Positions 1 to 6,786 of a DNA stretch of 11,387 nucleotides are shown here, piece after piece. Position numbers and translations under genes: made by a program. The stretch comes from Chlorokybus atmophyticus (taxonomy: Eukaryota > Plantae > Mesostigma and Chlorokybus algae): positions 389,545 through 400,931 of the forward strand of contig RHPI01000671.1 of the NCBI GenBank assembly GCA_009103225.1, read 5' to 3'. The first letter of the stretch is position 1. The number at the start of each line of letters is the position of its first letter. The notes under the pieces were generated by a model, which was not told where the DNA came from, did no database searches, and saw nothing but the letters and a program-made list of their open reading frames with translations.

Positions 1-2
1 GC

Positions 3-452
3 TGCAAGTTTGTCGCGTGCGGCCTTCACGCTCTCAACGGGAACAAATTGATGCCTGACCTCCAGTGCCAACTCTTCCATGGTGGTCAATGGTAGCGCCA
101 ACCCGTTTGCAACACGCGTACATCGATGCCTCCACCACACAAGTGCTGCACCTTCAAGCAATGTCGCTGCAACCTCCACGTGCAGATGCGTGGGCACCTC
201 CGTGAGCTTCAACCAAGACGATACTTGAAAAATCCATTCATCCACTGCATCTCCATCACGTTGACCCTTGAATGGCTTGGGCTTTGGCACCTTCACATGC
301 ACGCGCGAGCTTGATGCCATGGGAATTTGTACACGCGCCATCGCATGCTCATACGCCTCGCGTTGTGCTTGTGCCGCCGCTTGAGTGTGATGAAGCTCTT
401 CCCTCAGTGCCAAGATGGCAGCTTGAAGCTCTTCCATGCGAGCATCCTCCAT
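3..452 (-). CDS. gag: Ty3/Gypsy Gag, N-terminal 150 aa (partial, open at the window edge)
   Basis: Manual translation from the ATG at 452, no stops: MEDARMEELQAAILALREELHHTQAAAQAQREAYEHAMARVQIPMASSSRVHVKVPKPKPFKGQRDGDAVDEWIFQVSSWLKLTEVPTHLHVEVAATLLEGAALVWWRHRCTRVANGLALPLTTMEELALEVRHQFVPVESVKAARDKLA. The KPKPFKG..W, AATLLEGAALVWW and F.P....ARDKL motifs are typical of Gypsy Gag. Confidence 0.9.
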   Translation of the reverse strand, partial: MEDARMEELQAAILALREELHHTQAAAQAQREAYEHAMARVQIPMASSSRVHVKVPKPKPFKGQRDGDAVDEWIFQVSSWLKLTEVPTHLHVEVAATLLEGAALVWWRHRCTRVANGLALPLTTMEELALEVRHQFVPVESVKAARDKLA

Positions 453-532
453 CTCCACTAACACACTACACTCCGCTTCCGAATGAAAAGTGTAAACGCC
501 CACACACTTCCTCTCTCACCTTCGTAAACCGT

Positions 533-544
533 GCTCCGATACCA
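533..544 (-). promoter_or_regulatory. Primer-binding site for tRNA-iMet (Gypsy element)
   Basis: Minus strand TGGTATCGGAGC, 2 nt after the LTR CA terminus. One A>G difference from the canonical plant PBS TGGTATCAGAGC. Confidence 0.9.
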
Positions 545-546
545 GT

Positions 547-1219
547 TGTGACGGTGCTCGTGCCTTGCTACCCCGTGAGCTGGTCCAATCAACAACCCTC
601 TCATCAAGACACGGTATTCACACCGGAACCTTGCCCCCTCTGCCAAGCACACACACGCGCCCCGCCACTCACGTGCGCACGCGCATGCGCTCGAAGCTAC
701 ACACCAACTTGTGTAGCGCCTTGGATCGTCACACAAGCAAGCATACACCGGTGGTCACACGCTAGCAACCCCTGCTAACCACCACCAAGCTTGCACACAA
801 GAAACTAGGGAGCTAAAGGTTGTATTGCAAATTGTAGAATGTCACTTTTATACCTACCAGTCTGCACATGCTACTGTCTAGACGATTCTAGCGCTAGACG
901 GACCTAGAAGCTAAGATATTCTTGCAGAATCTTGTAGTACACTTCTAGACCTTTCCAACGCACCAAAGATCTCCTAATTTGCTGCTCATATGGTCAAGTT
1001 ATACTACTTGGCGCCAGGCCCTTCCAGAAATCTGGTCGAGCCCTTCTCGACTGGCCCTCCGTTTTCTGGCACCTTCCGGACTGGTCTTGGGGCCCCGGTC
1101 GATATCCGCGGCAGACTCATAACTCGCCGATATCCGCCACAAGTCATTAAAAACATGTACCTTACAAATAAGGCCTAAAACGGCCATGAAAATCACAGAA
1201 TTTGGCCTTGACTGTTACA
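547..1219 (-). repeat. 5' LTR of the Gypsy element (~673 bp)
   Basis: The inner end is fixed by the PBS. The outer end is inferred from an imperfect terminal inverted repeat: TGTGACGGT at 547 versus ACTGTTACA at 1211-1219 (7/9 match, TG...CA). A TATA box and clustered CTAGA motifs lie inside. Confidence 0.72.
845..852 (-). promoter_or_regulatory. Putative LTR TATA box
   Basis: Minus strand TATAAAAG inside the LTR, ~300 nt upstream of the PBS and oriented toward gag. Confidence 0.6.
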
Positions 1220-1234
1220 CTCTCTCTCTCTGCT

Positions 1235-1500
1235 GGGGTGACGGCCACGCTGTTTGACTTGCAAGAGTGGCTTGCCCAACCATAATTGGGTTGACGTGGT
1301 TGCACACCAATGCTCTCCCTCTCTTAGCGACAGGGTGCTGGCCATACTGTTCATCAGCGAAAGTGGCTTGCCCAACCGCGGTCAAATTGATGTGCTTGCA
1401 CGCCAATGCTCTCCTTCGCTCTCATAGGCTCTCTCTTTCTCTCTCTCCCTCTTTCTCTCCAGAGCAAGCACGTCTAGGGTGACGGCCGTCAACAACAGGC
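1235..1500. repeat. Degenerate ~100-bp tandem repeat (2 copies plus a partial third), each full copy ending in a CT-rich run
   Basis: Units start GGGTGACGGCC (~1235), GGGTGCTGGCC (~1333) and GGGTGACGGCC (~1477). Copies 1 and 2 share GTGGCTTGCCCAACC and TTGCAC.CCAATGCTCTCC. Confidence 0.65.
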
Positions 1501-2063
1501 GCCCGCAGCTGGCTTGCAACAGGTGACAATGCACATAAGTTATATGCATACATTTTGGTGACTACAACTGCATGTGTGTGATGCCATCGTGACAATGGAT
1601 TGTACAGGGATAAGGTTGCAATGAAGTGGAATATTAGGCGGGCCCCGCCGCCGTTGGGCAAACTATATTGCATGTGCAACATTTGTAGAGGTTTGAAGGA
1701 TGCCATAAGCATACGACAACAATGGAGACATTTAACGGTACGGACGTTGGCAGATATGTGTATTATCTTGGTTGCATTGGTGCATGTATACACATATGTG
1801 CGCTCATCTGTGCTGGGTGGGTGGGTGAGAGATGGCTGCGGTTAATAAACACTATGATGTGTTAGCCGCCAACCGAAGCGCCAATCGTCCTTGCGCACAA
1901 TGAAGCTTCGCCAGCCGCAGCACGAGAAGACGAGCTTTCGACGGCAGAACCGGCATCAGCAGCGATGTTGTGAAGATCATGGCGTGCAGAATGATGATGC
2001 GGGGCACGACATTAATGACAAAATCAGCAGCGAAGTTCGTGTGGGAGTTGAACAGACTACTAG

Positions 2064-2163
2064 GTAGCATAGTGAACACCACACGCAACGGCTTGACATG
2101 TCTTGAATACATGTGATCTGTGCATCTTACACATACGCATGTTGACACGTGTGTGCATTTCAG
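2064..2163 (+). other. Intron in the CACTA transposase (100 nt)
   Basis: GTAGCA...TTTCAG; splicing joins EQTTR to VFADCASVDDG in frame. Confidence 0.6.
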
Positions 2164-2345
2164 AGTATTTGCTGATTGTGCAAGTGTCGACGATGGTGTC
2201 GAAGTGGAGCGGGAAGAGACAGCACCAGAGGAGTGGCTTCTTTCGAAGATTTCAAGCAAGCATGTGGTGAGGACCGTGTAAACATGTTTACCGAGGATCT
2301 CAGTCACCTTGAACAAGTATCATTATACGCGAATAGCAGCTTGTC

Positions 2346-2465
2346 TGTAACGCCAGCTCGACCAACTAGGCCTGCTAGCAAAATTCGCTACCATGAGAGG
2401 TTGTGTAGTGCTCATTAATGCTTCATGCACCCTTCTTAGCCTATTCCACATCAACCGACATCACA
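2346..2465 (-). repeat. TRIM 3' LTR (120 bp)
   Basis: TGTAACGCC...ACATCACA, direct repeat of 2779-2898. Confidence 0.88.
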
Positions 2466-2723
2466 TTCAACCCGACTTTAACCGCGATTTGGTCCTTCCT
2501 GACCGGCAGGGCTTGCTTGCGTCCGGTCCATGACCAGCCACTACCGGTCATGCCGCGTAGTTATCCGCGGCGACTTGCTCCGCTGCCGCGCAGCAGCAAT
2601 ACAACGCGCCGATGCAGTTAGTCTGTCGCTGCAGTCACTTGTTAACCGATCTGACCAGATCTTCTGACCAGTCTGCCTTGGAGCAATCGATGATACCGAA
2701 ATTCTGCCCACTCGCGCGCAACT

Positions 2724-2747
2724 TGCGCCCGGTGGGACTCGAACCCA
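2724..2747 (-). other. tRNA 3'-end fragment (T-arm/B-box plus acceptor 3' strand) inside the TRIM; not a complete tRNA gene
   Basis: Minus strand TGGG-TTCGAGT-CCCA-C-CGGGCGC-A: canonical 7-nt T-loop, 4-bp stem, then a 7-nt acceptor-like strand and a discriminator. No CCA, and no pairing anticodon stem or 5' acceptor strand. Confidence 0.7.
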
Positions 2748-2764
2748 GTACCTTGACAATTGAT

Positions 2765-2777
2765 GCTCCGATTACCA
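2765..2777 (-). promoter_or_regulatory. TRIM primer-binding site (tRNA-iMet type)
   Basis: Minus strand TGGTAATCGGAGC, 1 nt after the LTR CA end; equals the Gypsy PBS plus one extra A. Confidence 0.8.
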
Positions 2778-2778
2778 A

Positions 2779-2898
2779 TGTAACGCCGAGCTCGACCGAA
2801 GGCCATGGTAGCAAAAGTCGCTGCCATGAGAAATTGTGTATCGCTTAATATTGCTCCATAAGTCCTTCTGAGCCTATTCCACATTAACCGGCATTACA
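2779..2898 (-). repeat. TRIM 5' LTR (120 bp)
   Basis: TGTAACGCC...GCATTACA, adjacent to the PBS on the minus strand. Confidence 0.88.
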
Positions 2899-3649
2899 TT
2901 GTCCTTAGAGATGGCTTCCCTGCTGCTTCTTCCACAAACTCACAAACTCATAACTCAATCAAGCGTAGAGGGTCTAGATCAGCTGGCGAAGTTCTTGCAT
3001 GCGCGCATGTTATTTTTTGACATCTTAGTTCCCACAAGCAAACGGCAGCTACGCTTGCTCTGAGGCACATCGCCTTGCCTATTGTCAAGTTTGACGTGTG
3101 TGTTAACGGTTGCGTACTTTTTGCCGGCAAGGTTGCAGACAAGGAGGTCTGCCCGCATTGTAATGAACCAAAGTCGGTGCGTGTTCATGTTGCTTGTGCT
3201 TTTCTCGATCTTCATCTTGCGCTAACCCACATGTGTTGTCCTGCAATGCAGATGCAATGGCACCTCAGACAAGCAAAAGCCTCGCAAAGTGTATTGTTAC
3301 ATGCCGCTCAAACCACGCATCAAGAGCGGTTTTTGCCTTTGACATTATGTAGCAAACGTCAGCTACGATTAGCGCAATCGCTCCAGCGACCTGTGAATGA
3401 GGAGCATTTGTGATTCTTTTACCTGGATAGAATTTGAAGATTTGTACCCTGAGCTCTCATAGTGGCCATGATGGCAAAAACCACACCACCTACGCTTGGG
3501 CTTCTCAACTGACGGGGTCAGCCTTTTTAATTGAGGTCCTTGAGCTCAAAGCATGTACTCAGTGTGGCCTTTGATGGTCTTTTGTTATAACCTTCCACCT
3601 TGGCTTTCACTCGAAAGAGAGCACATGTGGACAGTAGGCATAATATCTG

Positions 3650-3741
3650 GTAAGTCATCTCGCACACACGGACGCACGTGTTGAAGAGCTGGCTAACTGG
3701 CTTTGCGCTTGCCGACTAAATGCTTTGTTGCTTTGGAGCAG
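3650..3741 (+). other. Intron in the CACTA transposase (92 nt)
   Basis: GTAAGT donor, GCTAAC branch motif, GCAG acceptor. Splicing restores IISG-RREPQN, matching the conserved IIPG-P.EP motif. Confidence 0.85.
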
Positions 3742-4396
3742 GCCGTCGAGAGCCCCAAAACCTCGGCCCCTACATCATGCTACTAGTGGAGGAACAAATG
3801 CAACTCTCGACCAAACGCGTGGTGGTGCATAATGTGGCGCCAGCTAAGTTCACAGTGAAGGCAATGTTGTTAGCGTGTTTGCATGATTACCCCGGTTTTA
3901 GCAAAACAACTAATAAATAACGTCGCAAAATGTTACCCCTAACGGCCGACTAAATATATAGAACGGTCGTGGGTCTGAGGATACTCAGGTAGACTGTCGT
4001 TGTTTAATCTATCGGTGATCCTGATACAAGGGCCTAAGCATAACGGCCGTCACCATTGGTCAGCGACCGTCTGCATCAAGAGACTACTCTAACTGACTGG
4101 TGCCTGTAAAGATACCCATCAGTCAAGCAAAAGGGACTTGACCTAACTGACAAGTAACTAACCATTATCCAACAGGTCGGTACCTGCGACTATGCACTAA
4201 CTGATTGTGCCTGACAGATACCTTATGGTACCTGCTTTTAATGAATGGTACCTTGAATGGTACTTGTTAGGTACCGTTCAGTCATGACCAGATACCTCAC
4301 GTGAGTGTCGTCAACAATAACAAAAACAATCATACACAAATCACAATACATATATTGCAAGTCATACTAGTACTATGCTACAACATGAACTACTGT

Positions 4397-4417
4397 TACT
4401 ACTACTACTACTACTAC
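4397..4417. repeat. (TAC)7 microsatellite
   Basis: Seven consecutive TAC units. Confidence 0.95.
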
Positions 4418-4729
4418 GACCTACCACAACTCTAATATCAGGCCTTATACTAAGCCGCTCCTGCGCTCCACCTCCGCCGTCGCTCCTTGTCGAACGCCGC
4501 TCCTGCAAACACAAGCCAATCACACCAGCGCCATCAACAGCAGCATACACAACAATACTCATAGAGTAACAACTTACACACATGCCGCCGCCTCCTATAG
4601 GCTAGCTAGGCCAAGCTAGCTAGCCTGGCCTAGCCGCCTTAAGATTGAAAAGGGCAATTGGCTTATATGCACTCCTGCGCACTATACAACGCTGCAGCAG
4701 AAAGCATTGCTTACTTACTGTTGTCCGTT

Positions 4730-4765
4730 GCCGCCGCCACCACCACCGTCGCCGCCGCCGCCGCC
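4730..4765. repeat. Imperfect (GCC/ACC)n trinucleotide tract
   Basis: gccgccgccaccaccaccgtcgccgccgccgccgcc. Confidence 0.85.
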
Positions 4766-6688
4766 ATTGCACAACTCATCGGTTCAACTTGCTTAAAGCC
4801 GTTCAGCGCTTGAACTTTGGCAACTTATGATTTAAACGCGTTGTCACAATGGCACCATTGTACCTTCAGCATGATACAATGGCGCTATTGTAATAGAGTT
4901 TTTGTACCAATAAAATGGTACACTAATCGCCGCAATAGTACAGTAATTGTGCCATCGTTACGCATTACTCGCCGGCAAAAAACTAAAAAATACGGGAGGT
5001 CACTTGCTGTTCATGTGGTAGGCCGCCGCCGCACTAACGAATGGCTGGTGGTCGGCCGTCACTTACCAAGATGCGGGCAGGTCACATAATATGGGACTGA
5101 TGGTAACTAGCTTGCTATAGTAGGCAAGCCGCCGCGCATACGGTAGAATGGGCATGCTACGACCGGTGGCCGGCCGTCATTGTGCATGACCGAAAGGTGA
5201 CTTTTTAACTACATTAGATAGATCGCTACTGAGCAAACAAACCGACGGGCGATCGGCCGTCAATTGAAGATGCGGTGACGTCACGTGCTAGTAATTACAG
5301 GCAGGCTTCCGTTGCGTGTACCGATTGACCGACCGCTGACCGTCATTGAATGGTGCTAAGTAGCACCGGCCATCCTATAAGTCATCCCTTCATGGACCAA
5401 TCCGTCACGGACAAATCCGTCACCGACCCAGCGGTTAGGTTAGATCCATTCACGCAAGGTCAGATACCCGTCAGTCCCTTGGTTCCAAAAACGTCACCGT
5501 GGAAATTTGCGAAACCGGTGGTCGTATTGCGTGCGCAGTGTGCGATCCAAATTAGCAAGGGAAATTCGTTGCGTGGTTGAGAAAGTGCGTGTTTATGCAC
5601 CTTCGTTGCTTCCTGCCAGAAGGTCTTGCGTTCAGGTTTGGCATTGAAAGGGGCTCACATGATACGGCACCACCTCCTCATTTTTCCAATGAAGATATTA
5701 TGCGCGCAGCGATGGCGGGTGAGGTGTACGAAGGGCCAGCTGATCAGGCGTGTAGCAGGATCAAGGGGGACACTTTTTACAAATGGCTTGAGTGCTTCAC
5801 AAATGTAAAACGGGCTTTAGATAGGTTAAAGACAGATATGATTACAATATTAATAAGGGTTTATCTCACAGCAAGAAACTACCTTGAGTATCTCTATTTA
5901 GCTGACTGCGATACAACATGCCGACATGCAGTGCAATTGTCACAAGGCAAGATACGTGAAGCGAAATCCTCGTGAACATTTATTACCAACTATTACTAAC
6001 TACTACTATTTGTTATAAATAATCACTCAAACACGGGATGTTATTTATATTTATAATAATAACATGCGCTCACTTGGTACACCCTCAAAATATTTAATAT
6101 TGATCTCCTCTCAAATCATATTGAGCTAAGAAAAGGAGATGTGCTATAAAGTCCCATCAACCTTCCCACATTGAGACCATAATGCAGATAGCATGTGATG
6201 TCATGAGAATTTCATGATTTACTAGCCTCCTTTACACCTTACGAATTGCCGCATGCAGCTCACTTGAAGTGCGGGAAAAAGACTCTTTCACACCTTTTCA
6301 TGTGCATAAGTTGGATTGGATCCACTATACTTGCTTACTTTTCATTCATGTTCAAGCGTAATCTTGGGCACGGCAGTGCAGTAAGTACTCAAGAGTCCTG
6401 TCGGGCATCACAGTCCTCGCCTTCTTGTGCCGGAACCACAAAGACTGCTATAGAAGCTCAAGTAGTGACGTTTTGTTGCTTGTGAATACAAAAGTATACT
6501 ACTATTATGTACACGTCATTTAATTGCCACGCGCAAGGATTTATGATATGAAATCTCTTCTACCTGACGACACTCGGAGGCTTACGCTTCCATGTATAAC
6601 TCGCCCTCCAAGAGGGAGGTTCAAGATCCGCAACGTATAACATGAAGAGCTTGTTAGATCAAGTGTGCTCATAAATGTTAATGCTCAG

Positions 6689-6786
6689 ACATGAGAGCTG
6701 TAGTCATGGGTAGTCGTCCATATAAGCTCTGTGCTAATGGAGCGAAAGCTTATGTGGAATACTACCCATGACTATAAAGCTCATGT
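6689..6786. ncRNA. 98-nt foldback, pre-miRNA-like (or a tiny MITE remnant)
   Basis: 40-nt arms 6689-6728 and 6747-6786 pair without bulges: 33 Watson-Crick plus 2 G:U pairs in the + transcript, symmetric internal loops, 18-nt loop. No expression evidence. Confidence 0.4.

Larger units (their letters stand above)
1..1219 (-). mobile_element. 5' portion of a Ty3/Gypsy LTR retrotransposon (5' LTR, PBS, start of gag); continues beyond the left window edge
   Basis: Minus strand reads LTR end ...CCGTCACA, a 2-nt spacer, PBS TGGTATCGGAGC, then a gag ORF with Retrotrans_gag-type motifs. The 3' LTR and the TSD partner lie outside the window. Confidence 0.92.
2346..2898 (-). mobile_element. TRIM-like non-autonomous LTR retroelement (553 bp) inserted in the CACTA transposase
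   Basis: Two 120-bp TG...CA direct repeats (2346-2465, 2779-2898, ~80% identical by hand alignment) and a perfect 5-bp TSD TTGTC (2341-2345, 2899-2903). A PBS abuts the right LTR on the minus strand, and the 313-bp interior is non-coding. Removing the element restores the transposase frame (NSSLSLEMASLL). Confidence 0.92.
3906..5505. mobile_element. Unclassified ~1.6-kb insertion splitting the transposase between DYPG and GGRIACAVC; probably a non-autonomous DNA transposon remnant
   Basis: Transposase motifs normally ~10 aa apart are separated by ~1.6 kb of non-coding sequence carrying repeated CCGTCA/CGGCCGTCA and GGTACC/GATACC motifs. Exact ends, TIR and TSD were not resolved. Confidence 0.6.
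1900..5790 (+). pseudogene. CACTA/En-Spm (TnpD-like, Transposase_21 family) transposase pseudogene with spliceosomal introns, disrupted by stops, frameshifts and two insertions
   Basis: Ordered diagnostic motifs across frames: SLYANSSLS|LEMASLLL (rejoined across the TRIM), IVKFDVCVNGCVLFAGKVADKEVCPHCNEP (~3078-3170), KPRKVYCYMPLKPRIK (~3275-3325), CDSFTWIEFEDLYPE (~3410-3455), LRLGFSTDGVSLF..SMYSVWPLMVFCYNLPPWL..IISG|RREPQN..LLACLHDYPG (~3490-3895), then GGRIACAVC..RKCVFMHLRCFLP..PPPHFSNEDI (~5517-5700). Ends are approximate and no TIRs were identified. Confidence 0.92.

Noticed and set aside
126-778. ORF-track ORFs 126-314, 272-778, 458-748 and 565-765
   Set aside because: They are antisense to gag or span the PBS/LTR and have no recognisable motifs; the real frame is the minus-strand gag.
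1850-1854. CACTA pentamer as the left TIR of the transposon
   Set aside because: No matching TAGTG terminus with extended complementarity or 3-bp TSD was found, and it sits too close to the coding region with no subterminal repeats.
2724-2800. Complete tRNA gene or free-standing tRNA-derived SINE
   Set aside because: Only the T-arm and acceptor 3' strand are tRNA-like. The upstream part is the PBS and LTR, the cloverleaf cannot be closed, and there is no A-rich tail or separate TSD.
3906-5505. CRISPR-like array from the recurring CCGTCA/GGTACC motifs
   Set aside because: Motifs are only 6-9 nt with irregular spacing, there are no cas genes, and the context is eukaryotic.
5521-5540. ...GCGCAGTG as a CACTG-type right TIR of the 1.6-kb insertion
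   Set aside because: These bases translate as the conserved transposase motif IACAVC in frame with the downstream sequence, and no left partner CACTGCGCAC exists in the window.
5577-5975. ORF 5577-5975 as an independent 132-aa gene
   Set aside because: It starts at a TTG. Its first half continues the CACTA transposase and the rest is read-through into AT-rich non-homologous DNA.
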